Shown: in pieces, positions 1-9,283 of the stretch
Position numbering within the stretch: the first letter of the stretch is position 1
Layout: each line of letters starts with the position of its first letter
DNA from: Alphaproteobacteria bacterium
GTDB lineage: Bacteria > Pseudomonadota > Alphaproteobacteria > Bin95
DNA: 64,000 nt
NCBI GenBank assembly: GCA_963665325.3
Contig: OZ224045.1
Location: forward strand, 192,001-256,000
Reading direction: 5' to 3'
Translations under genes and position numbers: made by a program
Notes under the pieces: model-generated
Databases searched by the model: none
The model's input: only the letters and a program-made list of their open reading frames with translations
Told to the model about the DNA's origin: nothing

Positions 1-1
1 G

Positions 2-169
2 ATCTGGTGGCGGGGCAGGGTGACGGACAAGCGGGAGGCCGGCGGCGCCATGCTGGTCGATCTCGATGTCGAGGCGCGGAACCAGATGGACGCCGTCTCG
101 GCCTTCGGGACAGCGATCGTTGCACTGCCTTCCCGGCAGAAGGGGCCGGTGCCCCTGCCGCTATCGTGA
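2..169 (+). CDS. 3' end of a hot-dog-fold (MaoC-like/acyl dehydratase) protein, truncated by the window edge
   Basis: Frame 2 reads IWWRGRVTDKREAGGAMLVDLDVEARNQMDAVSAFGTAIVALPSR...*, resembling the C-terminal beta strands of MaoC-type dehydratases. TGA at 167-169, 5 nt before the next ATG. Confidence 0.55.
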   Translation: MWWRGRVTDKREAGGAMLVDLDVEARNQMDAVSAFGTAIVALPSRQKGPVPLPLS

Positions 170-174
170 AGGAA

Positions 175-1869
175 ATGCGCCGGCTGCCGATAGGAAGCGT
201 CCCGGCCTCCTTCGAGGGCGAGGGGCGCGCCGGCGCCTATGCCGAAGAGTGGCTCGCCATGGCTGGTGCGGAAATTGCGCCGGGCGGTCCGCCAATCCGA
301 CTTTGGGATTTCCAGGTCGGCATGGAAGGAAGCGGCGCGGACGCCTCGGCCGTTTCCGGGCCGGCTGCCGCCATCGGCCATGCGGACGGTCCGTGTGTGC
401 CTCTGCCGGCGGACATGCCGGAGAAGTGGTGCGGCCTCGTCGGCGCGATCCTTGCACTCGCCGAAGCCTGGCGGGGAATAGAAGGACGCTCGCCCGAATA
501 CGATGTCTCGGCGGCGGACATCATGCGCGCCTTCGCGCTCCAGAACTCCGGTACGCCGGAGGATCGGCGACGCCTTTGGAAGCGCAACGGGCGCATTTGC
601 GTCGAGCATGGCCTCATCTTTCCGATGGGCTTCTTCGCTTGCCGGGACGGCCATGTCGCGCTGCTCGGGCGCTCCCGGCGCGATTGGCGGCGAATCGCGG
701 CGGCGCTGGGCGACCCTGAATGGACACACCGGCCGGGCTACGACAATCCATTTACGCTAGCGAAGGACAGTGCGGAGGCAGACGCGCTGCTGGAGGAAAC
801 GCTCGCGGACAAGACACGGGACGACCTGTTGGCGCGGGGCCTGGAGGAAGGCGCGGTCGTCGCCCCGGTTTACAGCTACGACGAGGCGCAGGCCCGCGGC
901 GTGTTCCGGCCGGGCTTCGAGGAGCCGGCCATGCCGTTTCTGGCGGAGCCGCTGGGCAATAGGGCGGCTGTTGGCGGGCAGAAGCGGGGCGGCCCCTCCG
1001 GACCGCTGGAAGGGCTCGTCTGCATCGAACTCTGCTGGATCTGGTCGGGGCCAATGGTCGGGCAGCTGCTTGCCGATCTCGGCGCGGAGGTCATCAAGGT
1101 CGAGTCGCCCGACCGCTTCGACCTCTACCGCACGCGGGGTCTGGAACATCTGAGGGGCGAGATGGACGAGCAGGTACGGCTCGAAAGCTCCCTCTATTTC
1201 CACAGCCTGAACCGCAACAAGACAGGGCTCTCGCTCAATCTCAAGTCGGAGGAGGGCAGGGCGCGGCTGCTTGAAGTCGTCGCGCGGGCCGACCTGCTGA
1301 TCGAGAACTTCACCGTCGGGACGATGGACCGCATGGGCCTCGGCCGGGAAGTGCTGGCGCGCGCCAATCCAGGCTTGGTCTCCCTCTCAATGAGTGGACC
1401 GGGCAAGGGCTCGGCGGTGGAACGGCTGCGCTCCTACGGGCTGGTGCTGAGCGCGCTCGGGGGCGCCGAGATGCTCATTCGCGACGATGCGGGGGCCTTC
1501 ATCGGCTCGCCTACCTTTTCGATCAGCGACCCGAACGCGGCCTGCTTCGGAGCGCTGGCGGCGCTTGCCGCGCTGGTCGCCCGGGACCGGGACGGGCAGG
1601 GCCGAACGCTCGACCTCTCACAGATCGAGGCGGCCGCCGCGCTCGCCGCAACGCCGGCCGTCGGCCCGCCGCGGCCGATGACGGTGCCGGTGGTGGAGCT
1701 CGACGACAGCGATGCCTCGCCGGCCTTCGCGGACTGCTCTGGCTGGATCGAGGCGCATCACCCGGTTACCGGCGCGGAACTGCTGGTGGCCGCGCCCTGG
1801 CGGGTGGACGGCAGGCGCCCGCCATTTCGCAAACCCGCACCGATGCTCGACCGAGGAGCCGAGAGATGA
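175..1869 (+). CDS. CaiB/BaiF family (class III) CoA-transferase, two-domain form
   Basis: GPLEGLVCIEL..WSGPMVGQLLADLGAEVIKVESP, LNRNK, ADLLIENF and SISD (catalytic Asp region) in the second half; PMGFFACRDGHV in the first half. Start moved to ATG 175, after the upstream stop. Confidence 0.85.
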   Translation: MRRLPIGSVPASFEGEGRAGAYAEEWLAMAGAEIAPGGPPIRLWDFQVGMEGSGADASAVSGPAAAIGHADGPCVPLPADMPEKWCGLVGAILALAEAWRGIEGRSPEYDVSAADIMRAFALQNSGTPEDRRRLWKRNGRICVEHGLIFPMGFFACRDGHVALLGRSRRDWRRIAAALGDPEWTHRPGYDNPFTLAKDSAEADALLEETLADKTRDDLLARGLEEGAVVAPVYSYDEAQARGVFRPGFEEPAMPFLAEPLGNRAAVGGQKRGGPSGPLEGLVCIELCWIWSGPMVGQLLADLGAEVIKVESPDRFDLYRTRGLEHLRGEMDEQVRLESSLYFHSLNRNKTGLSLNLKSEEGRARLLEVVARADLLIENFTVGTMDRMGLGREVLARANPGLVSLSMSGPGKGSAVERLRSYGLVLSALGGAEMLIRDDAGAFIGSPTFSISDPNAACFGALAALAALVARDRDGQGRTLDLSQIEAAAALAATPAVGPPRPMTVPVVELDDSDASPAFADCSGWIEAHHPVTGAELLVAAPWRVDGRRPPFRKPAPMLDRGAER

Positions 1870-3443
1870 TCCGCATCATGGGCAAGACGCCGCATGCGAC
1901 CACCCTGCGCGACCTGGTGACGATGCGGGCTGCGCTCGGCGACAAGCCGCTGCTGATCTGCCGGGACGAGGTGCTGACCTATTCGGACGCCGACCGACTC
2001 TCGAACCGTGTGGCCAATGCCCTGCTGGAACGCGGCCTGGCCAAGGGTGATGTCGTGGCGACCTTCATGTACAACTCGCTGGCGCAGGCGATTATCTGGT
2101 TCGCCTGCGCCAAGATCGGCGCGGTCTATGCAGCGCTCAATGTTTCCCTGGCCCGCGACGACCTTGCCTACAGCCTGAACGACACCGGCGCGAAATTGCT
2201 CGTTGCAGACGACGAACTGATGGATGTTTGCGAAGCGGCGGCAGGCAGTTTTTCGGCGCCCCCGCCGGTGCTGGTCCACGGCGCGCCGCGCGCGGGATAT
2301 GGCGCGTGGGAGGAGCTCCTGACAGGTTCGGAGGCGCTTCCCGAGGCGGAGGTCGGGCCGACCGACCCCGTCGCGATCGTCTATACCGGCGGCAGCACAT
2401 CTATGCCGAAAGGCGTGCTCGTCTCCCACCTCTATTACATCGGCGCCGCCATTCGCTATGCGGAGATCGCCGAGGCGGGCCCCGACGACGTGCATTTCGC
2501 CAACTCGCATTTCTTCCATATCGGCGGCCAGCAATTCGGCGTCACCGGGCCGCTCTACACCGGCATGACCGGCGTGATGCACAAATGGTTCAGCGCCTCG
2601 CGCTACTGGGAGACGGTGCATCGCTACGGCGCGACGATCATCGACCCGCTGGGCACGATGATGTCCGTGCTGCTGTTGCGTCCGGAAAGCGAACTCGACC
2701 GCTCACACCGGGTCAAGGTCGGCGTGGGCATTGCCTCGGGCCAGGTCCGGCGGGAGCTTCGCGACGAGTTTGAGGCTCGATTCGGTATCCCCATGCTTGA
2801 GGTCTATGCGATGACCGAGATGGGCGTGTTGCTCTGCTCCGAGCGCCTGCACGACCGCAAGCTCGGAACCTGCGGCAAGCCGCACGGATGGGCCGAAATC
2901 ATGGTCGCGGATGCCGATGACAATCCGCTCCCGGCAGGCACAACGGGCCAGTTGCTGCTGCGACCCAAGGTGCCGAACACCTACATGACCGAATACATCA
3001 ACAAGCCGGAAGCGACCCTCGCGGCCTGGCGCAACCTCTGGTACCACTCGGGCGACCTCGGCTGGCTCGACGAGGACGGCTATGTCCATTTCGTCGGCCG
3101 CGAAGCGCACTGGATCCGCCGGCGCGGCGAGAATGTTTCGGCTTTCGAGGTGGAGAAAGCGATCACTGCCCATGACGCGATTGTGGATTGTGCCTGTGTC
3201 GGTGTGCCTTCCGACCTGGGAGAAGAGGACATCAAAGCCTACGTGCAGGCCTCGGGGCCGGTGGAGCCGCATGCGTTGGTCGAGTGGTGCCGCGAACGGA
3301 TCGCCTATTTCAAGGCGCCCCGCTATATCGAGTTCGTCGATGACTTTCCCCGCACGATGACCAAGAATGAAATCGCGCGCCACGAATTGCGTGAACGCGG
3401 GATCGGCGCCTGCTGGGACGCCGAGTCGAACCGTGCTGTATAA
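1866..3443 (+). CDS. ATP-dependent acyl-CoA ligase, crotonobetaine/carnitine-CoA ligase (CaiC)-like
   Basis: AMP-binding motif YTGGSTSMPKGV, YAMTE, WYHSGDLG, IRRRGENVS; ATGA overlap with the CoA-transferase. Confidence 0.85.
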   Translation: MIRIMGKTPHATTLRDLVTMRAALGDKPLLICRDEVLTYSDADRLSNRVANALLERGLAKGDVVATFMYNSLAQAIIWFACAKIGAVYAALNVSLARDDLAYSLNDTGAKLLVADDELMDVCEAAAGSFSAPPPVLVHGAPRAGYGAWEELLTGSEALPEAEVGPTDPVAIVYTGGSTSMPKGVLVSHLYYIGAAIRYAEIAEAGPDDVHFANSHFFHIGGQQFGVTGPLYTGMTGVMHKWFSASRYWETVHRYGATIIDPLGTMMSVLLLRPESELDRSHRVKVGVGIASGQVRRELRDEFEARFGIPMLEVYAMTEMGVLLCSERLHDRKLGTCGKPHGWAEIMVADADDNPLPAGTTGQLLLRPKVPNTYMTEYINKPEATLAAWRNLWYHSGDLGWLDEDGYVHFVGREAHWIRRRGENVSAFEVEKAITAHDAIVDCACVGVPSDLGEEDIKAYVQASGPVEPHALVEWCRERIAYFKAPRYIEFVDDFPRTMTKNEIARHELRERGIGACWDAESNRAV

Positions 3444-3524
3444 TCGTCCAATTGCAGCGCTGGCGCGGCGGCGGCGGCGCTCTATGATTGGTGCATATGG
3501 CTGCGGCAGGGGTGACCGGCGGGT

Positions 3525-4262
3525 ATGAGGTTGCGGATCAAGCTGGGATTGGCGCTGCTCGTCGGCGTCGTCCTGTCCCTTGGGCTCGTCGTTCATGCCG
3601 CCCTGGACACGTTCGACCGCGAGCTTCAAACCGTGAAGACATCGCATTTCGGCTTCACGGTCGATGAAATCGCCCATGCAATCACCGTCCGGACCGACCT
3701 CGGCCTGCGGCTCGAAACTATTCCGGAGATTGCCGCGCTGCTCGACCGGACCCAGGCGGCCGATTCCGACGTCGACCGCCTGCTCGTTATCGACGCCGAC
3801 GGCCGGGTCGTGTTCTCGACCGACCAGACCGATCTCGGGACGACGGTCGAAATGCACGATCGCGAAGGGCGTTGGACGCGGACCGATGAACGGGCGGTGA
3901 TCGTCGGCAGCCCGCTCATCAATAATTTCGGCAAGGTGGTCGGCGGCGTTCTGCTGGAGAGTGAGATCAGGCACCGCGCCCCGCTGCGCGAGCGCGCGGC
4001 CATCACGGTGTTCGGCATTGCAGCCGGGGTGTTGGCGGCCTGCCTGTTGCTTGTGTTCCTGTTTGCCAGTTGGGTATTCCGTCCTCTCCTCGACATGCTC
4101 AGGCAAAGCGACACCTCCCTCTTGGCGATGGCCGAAGGCCAGGCGGCCAATCTGGAAGGCGCGCCGCCGTCGCTTGCGGGCTTCCACGAGGCCGCAACCG
4201 GGATAATGGCCAAGCTCGACGCCGATGCGCGCGAGATCGACCGGCTGGATCGAATCGGATAA
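3525..4262 (+). CDS. Small two-TM membrane protein with a periplasmic Cache/PAS-like sensor domain and no output domain (paralog of 10291-11043)
   Basis: Hydrophobic N-terminal helix, VIDADGRVVFST (Cache-like strand), IVGSPLINNFGKVVGGV, second TM, short helical tail. Confidence 0.7.
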   Translation: MRLRIKLGLALLVGVVLSLGLVVHAALDTFDRELQTVKTSHFGFTVDEIAHAITVRTDLGLRLETIPEIAALLDRTQAADSDVDRLLVIDADGRVVFSTDQTDLGTTVEMHDREGRWTRTDERAVIVGSPLINNFGKVVGGVLLESEIRHRAPLRERAAITVFGIAAGVLAACLLLVFLFASWVFRPLLDMLRQSDTSLLAMAEGQAANLEGAPPSLAGFHEAATGIMAKLDADAREIDRLDRIG

Positions 4263-4267
4263 CGGGC

Positions 4268-7183
4268 ATGAGCCGGCTCTCCCGAATGTTGTGCCTGAAA
4301 GCCTGCATCGCCGCCGTCGTCGTCGCGGTCTTCCAGGCGGGCCTGACGGCTGGCGCCTTCTACTGGTGGGCCGAGGAGCCGCTCACCCGCGAACTCGACC
4401 GCAAGGCGCTGGCGGTAGGCCAGGCCATGAAGACCGAGATGGAACGCGCCACCCAGGTGGGTATTCCGCTCGACGGGCTCCGAGGGGTCGAGCCCTTCTT
4501 CCAGCGTTTCCTCGACGAAAATCCCGATATCCGGTTCATTGCGGTGACATCGCCGGACAAGGAGCCGGTCTATTTCAGCGGCATCGCGCGCGACCGCCTG
4601 GCGGAGGTTCTCGAAACCGCCGACACCGGATTCGAGGTGCGGCGCCTGGCGGGAGGAGTGACTGAGGCCCGGAACCGCCATGTCGTCGGCGACCTCTCCA
4701 TCGATATTCGTCCGATCGGTCCGATGGACTTTCCTTTGGCCCTGCTGCATGTGGCCGTCGAAAAGGACTTCGTGACACACATCCTGCGCCGCAATTGGTT
4801 GGGTTTCGTCGTCGCGGCCGCCGTCGGCACGTCTGTCGGGCTGTTGTGCGTGCTGATCCTCACATTGCGCGTGAGCCGTCGCGTGGAAAGATTCGACGAC
4901 GGAGTTGCAAAGGCGGCCGACGGTCGTCCGGTGTTGCTCGGCGAATTCGGGCAGCGGGACGAAATCGGCTATGCGGCCCGCGCCTTCAATGCAGTGCTGC
5001 ACGGCCTCCGGGCGCGCTTCGATGCAGCCCTGGAGCAGGCGGAAGACGCCCGCGACGCCGCAGTCGGGCGCACGGTCCGCGATTCGCTGGAACGAATCCG
5101 GCGGGGACTGGTGCAACGGCTGGAGCCGGTGTTCCGGGATATCTCTCCGGTACCTCCGACCGAAGTGGGCCGTTTCGGCAGGAATGTCTCCATCCGCCTC
5201 AGGCTCACCATCATCATCAGTCTTGCCGGGCTGTTGCTGATGATTGGCCTGGGCTACGGCAGTGTCGTTCGTGAACGCCTGTTGGCCGAGAGCTACGACG
5301 AAGACCGTCAGACGGCGCTGAGGACCGTCTGGAAGACGCTATCGCAGCGCGAGACGGATGCGGTCGGCCGCCTGCTGGCGCCGCTGCACACGAACGAGAA
5401 CATCCGATCCGCCCTGCTTGACGGCGATACGTTGCTTGCGGCGCGCCTGATCGAAGACATTGCCGTGGGAATCGGACTCGAACGGCTGGTGACCTTTGAT
5501 CCCTCCGAAGAGGGAGGGGGACGCCTGTTCGTAGGGCGGAATCCCTTGTCGCCGCGCGTCGCCAAGCGGGTCGTCGATACCGGAAGGCAGGTGAGTGGCG
5601 GCGATATCGATGCCGACGGGAAGCCTGTCTGGACGGTTGCGGAGGCCCTCGGCGACCCGGACCGCGGCGATATGCTGATCGTTGCCGGCAGCGTTCCACT
5701 GGCCTCGGCCGTCCTGGAAGCGGGGGCGGTCCTCGGCGGGGAGGCATTCCTGGTCGGAAGCGAAGGCGGGCTGATCTTCGGCACCGATCCGCCGCTCTGG
5801 CAGGGCCTCGACGGTGACAATAGCGACTATGCGGCGACGACCACCAACATCCCGGCATTGAACGGCGGCCGCCTGGCCGCGTTGCATGTCATCGCCGATA
5901 TCAGCGAACTCGTCGCGCGCCAGCAGGCTATGCGCATTGCATTTTTCGGAGCGGCAGCCGTGTTCGCCTGCATCGCGCTTTGGGCCATGTATGCGAATTT
6001 GCGTGGCTCACTGCAGCCGCTGGACCGGGTAATCGGCGTGCTGGAAGCGCTCTCTGCCGGCCGGCGCGGGGTCTGGATCGAACAGGCGGCGGGCACGGAC
6101 GAAATTGCCCGCATCGCCAAGGCTGTCGAGGCCTATCGAAGTTCCCTGGGAGAAGTGGAACGGTTGTCCGCCGAGCGGCGCCGGGCGCAACGGCGGCGCG
6201 AACGCTTCCTGCGTCAACAGATGGTCGGGCTGACCTCGACGGTCGGCGCGGAAGCCAGGCAGGCGGTTACCGACCAGCTGGCCCGGCTCGAGCGGGAGGG
6301 CGCAAGCGACGAATTCGAGGCCCTGACGCTCGTGTTCGAACAGATGGCGCAACGCATCCGAGAACAGCACGGCCGGCTGACAGAACTCATCGAGGAACTC
6401 CGCGAGGCGCTCAAGCACAAGGAACGCCTCGTTGCGATCGAACGGGAGCTGTCCATCGCCCACGACTTGCAGCTTTCTGTGCTGCCGCGCGAAACGCCGC
6501 CCCAGCGCGAGGTCGAGATCGCGGCCCAGATGGTCCCGGCCAAGGAAGTGGGAGGCGACTTCTACGACTATTTCGCGATCGACGATCACCGAATCGGCAT
6601 TGTCATTGCGGATGTCTCCGGCAAGGGCATCCCGGCGGCGTTCTTCATGCTGATCGCGCGCACCCTCCTCAAGGCTACGGCGTTGATCGGCGAGTCTCCG
6701 AGCAAGGTGCTGACGGCGCTGAACGACATGCTGGAGGAAGACAACGAGCAGATGATGTTCGTCACCGCTTTCTATGCAGTCGTCCACACCGGCACGGGGC
6801 ATGTCACCTTCGCCAATGCCGGGCACAACCCGACATACCGGATCGACTGCAAGGGCCAGTTGTCGACCCTGCCGATGGACTCCGGGCTGGCGCTTGCCAT
6901 CATGCCGGGCTTCAGTTTCGAGGAAGGCGAGACCACCCTGCTGCCGGGCGAGACCCTGTTCTTCTATACCGACGGCGTGAACGAAGCCTTCAACGAAGCG
7001 GGCGAGCAGTTCGGCGAGCCGCGCCTGGAAGCCCAGCTGGAAGCCCATGCAGGAGCGTCGCCGGACGCCATTTGCGATGCGATGCGAGCGTCGGTCGAAG
7101 CATTTTCGACCGGCGTTGAGCAGAGCGACGACATTACGACAGTGGCGATGCGCTATGTCGGCAACGGCTCCGAGGCGCCCTGA
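4268..7183 (+). CDS. Membrane-bound PP2C/SpoIIE (RsbU-like) phosphatase with two tandem TM-sensor-TM-HAMP modules
   Basis: C-terminal VGGDFYD, IADVSGKG, ANAGH, YTDGV, QSDDIT motifs; two HAMP-like segments (RDEIGYAARAFN; TDEIARIAKAVE); four hydrophobic helices. ATG 4268 lies 5 nt after the upstream stop. Confidence 0.85.
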   Translation: MSRLSRMLCLKACIAAVVVAVFQAGLTAGAFYWWAEEPLTRELDRKALAVGQAMKTEMERATQVGIPLDGLRGVEPFFQRFLDENPDIRFIAVTSPDKEPVYFSGIARDRLAEVLETADTGFEVRRLAGGVTEARNRHVVGDLSIDIRPIGPMDFPLALLHVAVEKDFVTHILRRNWLGFVVAAAVGTSVGLLCVLILTLRVSRRVERFDDGVAKAADGRPVLLGEFGQRDEIGYAARAFNAVLHGLRARFDAALEQAEDARDAAVGRTVRDSLERIRRGLVQRLEPVFRDISPVPPTEVGRFGRNVSIRLRLTIIISLAGLLLMIGLGYGSVVRERLLAESYDEDRQTALRTVWKTLSQRETDAVGRLLAPLHTNENIRSALLDGDTLLAARLIEDIAVGIGLERLVTFDPSEEGGGRLFVGRNPLSPRVAKRVVDTGRQVSGGDIDADGKPVWTVAEALGDPDRGDMLIVAGSVPLASAVLEAGAVLGGEAFLVGSEGGLIFGTDPPLWQGLDGDNSDYAATTTNIPALNGGRLAALHVIADISELVARQQAMRIAFFGAAAVFACIALWAMYANLRGSLQPLDRVIGVLEALSAGRRGVWIEQAAGTDEIARIAKAVEAYRSSLGEVERLSAERRRAQRRRERFLRQQMVGLTSTVGAEARQAVTDQLARLEREGASDEFEALTLVFEQMAQRIREQHGRLTELIEELREALKHKERLVAIERELSIAHDLQLSVLPRETPPQREVEIAAQMVPAKEVGGDFYDYFAIDDHRIGIVIADVSGKGIPAAFFMLIARTLLKATALIGESPSKVLTALNDMLEEDNEQMMFVTAFYAVVHTGTGHVTFANAGHNPTYRIDCKGQLSTLPMDSGLALAIMPGFSFEEGETTLLPGETLFFYTDGVNEAFNEAGEQFGEPRLEAQLEAHAGASPDAICDAMRASVEAFSTGVEQSDDITTVAMRYVGNGSEAP

Positions 7184-8181
7184 CCCCATTGCCGGTCGAG
7201 GCTTGTGGCCAGGATATGCTCGACCAGTGCCTCGGAGGAAATGCCTACCCTCGCCGCGCATTGCGCGAAGGCCATCGCGCTGCCTATCGAACAGGCGAGA
7301 TTGAATTCGAGGAAGGCGTGGCCCTCGGGACCGACCCGGAAGTCGCAGCGCAGATAATCGTAGGGTCCCACCGCCCGCGCAAACCGGAGCGCATCCTCGA
7401 CGATGGGGGGGAGCCAGGGTTCGTCGCCCGGAAAGTCACGCACCAGTCCCGGTGCGAGCCTTCGCTTCTGGCGGTGGGTGAAGAGCCCATACGGGCTGTC
7501 GCATGTCTGGGTGGCTGCCGGCAGGGCCACCGGCCCGTTCTCACCGACCAGAATCGGCACCGTCACGTCGAAGTCGCCGAAGACCTGCTCGACGAGACAT
7601 TCGTCGATGCTCGCCCCGAGAGTCGCGGCGCGCCCCGCCACGGCGTCGAATTCCTCATGCGCGCTTTCGGCGTCGATGCCTGTCGATGCGGCGCCGAAGC
7701 GCGGCTTCGCGATATACGGTCCGTCGAAATCGGGCCGCTGCAGCGGAACGCCGGGCCCGAACGGCTTTCCGGCCGGCGTCGGCAAGCCGACCGCCTGCGC
7801 CGCCAGCTTGGTCAGCCATTTGTCCTCGGCGAGCGCGCGAATGTTTGCCGGCGCGCCCATACAGGCTATGCCGGCCCGCGCCGCCAGTGCGGAGACATAA
7901 ATCTCCGAGTTGCGAAACGGCGCGATGTTATAGAGCGAGAAGACATAGTTTCGGCCTTCGAAAGCCTGCGGCACGGCGCTGAGATCGGAAAGGCTGACGA
8001 CGTCGAGACCGAGTCCGTTGCGCAGCACGTCGCAGATTTCGTACTGGTAGGCCGGTTGCACACCGAAATCAGGATGAATCGCCTGGGGTTTCGGCGTGTC
8101 GGGCGAAGGTGCATGGGGCGCCAGATACAAAATTTTGAGCGTGGCGCGGCGCTTGTCGTCCAAACGTTTCAGGGCGATCAA
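7153..8181 (-). CDS. D-Ala-D-Ala-ligase-like ATP-grasp enzyme (non-canonical), paralog 1
   Basis: AEDKWLTK, IAKPRFGAASTGI, LVEQ, DYLRCDFRV, FLEFN. TTG start at 8181 overlaps the TGA of the SBP gene (TTGA); the N-terminus aligns with the paralog at 9284. Confidence 0.75.
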   Translation of the reverse strand: MIALKRLDDKRRATLKILYLAPHAPSPDTPKPQAIHPDFGVQPAYQYEICDVLRNGLGLDVVSLSDLSAVPQAFEGRNYVFSLYNIAPFRNSEIYVSALAARAGIACMGAPANIRALAEDKWLTKLAAQAVGLPTPAGKPFGPGVPLQRPDFDGPYIAKPRFGAASTGIDAESAHEEFDAVAGRAATLGASIDECLVEQVFGDFDVTVPILVGENGPVALPAATQTCDSPYGLFTHRQKRRLAPGLVRDFPGDEPWLPPIVEDALRFARAVGPYDYLRCDFRVGPEGHAFLEFNLACSIGSAMAFAQCAARVGISSEALVEHILATSLDRQWGQGASEPLPT

Positions 8182-9191
8182 GAATCGACTCCGGTCTTTA
8201 TGAACTGGGCAAAACGCAAGATTTCCATTGGCGGATACACTTTCAGCTTGTGAGCCGTCTCCATATTGATCACGAAGGAGAACCGGGAGAGCGTTTCGAT
8301 GGGGATTTCTCCCGGATCCTTGCCACCGGTCAGTATCTGCTCCGCCTTGAAGGCGGCGAACTGCCCGACGGCATAAAGCGGGCTGACCAGCCCTGTCATG
8401 CAATGCCGGCGGATCAGGGTTTCCACACCGCAGAAAGTGGGGAGGCCGAGCTCGGTTGCGGCGCGCGTCACCTGTTCGGCGTGGGCGCCGAAGAAGTTGG
8501 ACGGCGGGATATACAGGAAATCCACTCCTGCTTCCTTGAGGCGCCGGAGCGTCGGCTCGATCTGGGCCGGGTCGCGTTCGACCTTGGGTTCTGTCGGGCT
8601 GTCAGAGACGAACTCGATGCCGGATTCTTCCGCGAGCGCCCGCATGGCGGCTTCCGAGCGCCGTTGTGCGCCCGAACTCTTGTCGTACAGCATGCCGAGC
8701 TTCTCGAAGGGCATATAGGTGCGCATCGCATTGAGCCGCACGAGGTTCGATACGACATGTCGGGCGCCGGTGAGATTGCGCTTCGAGAGCATTGGCGCTG
8801 CCGGGTCCGGATTGCTCGGCACCAGTTTCGACCTGGCGGGAAAGGACACCATCGAAAACACGATCGGAATGTCGAGAACGTGCTTCGCCGGGTCGGCTTC
8901 CTCCAGCCGCCCGACGACGGCGCGCGTCACCGATGTCGTCTGGGTATAGACGAGATCCGGCTTGAGCGCCTTGATTTCCTCGATATAGCCGGGCAGGCGT
9001 GATCGGTCGTTTTCCATGTCGCGGAAGACGAAGGTGGCGTCAACGCCGTTCGCCTTCAGATAGTCTCGGAAGCCCTCGTCGGCGCCCGATCCTGCGCGAT
9101 GCACGATCATGTAGATCGAGAAGGGCTCCGACAGGGAAGCGGAGGCGGTCGTCGTCAGGACCGCCAGGGCCAGAAATAGCGCTCGGAACAT
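8178..9191 (-). CDS. ABC-type periplasmic substrate-binding protein (ABC_sub_bind-like family), no cognate permease nearby
   Basis: Signal peptide; KPDLVYT, IPIVF, NLTG, YAVGQFAAFKAEQILTGGKDPGEIPIE, FVINMETAHKL motifs. Confidence 0.8.
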   Translation of the reverse strand: MFRALFLALAVLTTTASASLSEPFSIYMIVHRAGSGADEGFRDYLKANGVDATFVFRDMENDRSRLPGYIEEIKALKPDLVYTQTTSVTRAVVGRLEEADPAKHVLDIPIVFSMVSFPARSKLVPSNPDPAAPMLSKRNLTGARHVVSNLVRLNAMRTYMPFEKLGMLYDKSSGAQRRSEAAMRALAEESGIEFVSDSPTEPKVERDPAQIEPTLRRLKEAGVDFLYIPPSNFFGAHAEQVTRAATELGLPTFCGVETLIRRHCMTGLVSPLYAVGQFAAFKAEQILTGGKDPGEIPIETLSRFSFVINMETAHKLKVYPPMEILRFAQFIKTGVDS

Positions 9192-9283
9192 CGAAATGGG
9201 TATCCGTTGCGTTGCCTGAGGATAGGTCGCTGGCTATCATAAGGCGGTTCGCGGCGTTTGCGACAGACATGTGGTAATTTCGA

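Noticed and set aside
7-174. N-terminal extension of the 620-aa CoA-transferase ORF
   Set aside because: It overlaps the end of an upstream gene in another frame; ATG 175 preceded by GAAGGAA is the better start.
4070-4267. N-terminal extension of the 1037-aa PP2C ORF
   Set aside because: It overlaps the upstream gene and is low-complexity; the first TM helix begins after ATG 4268.
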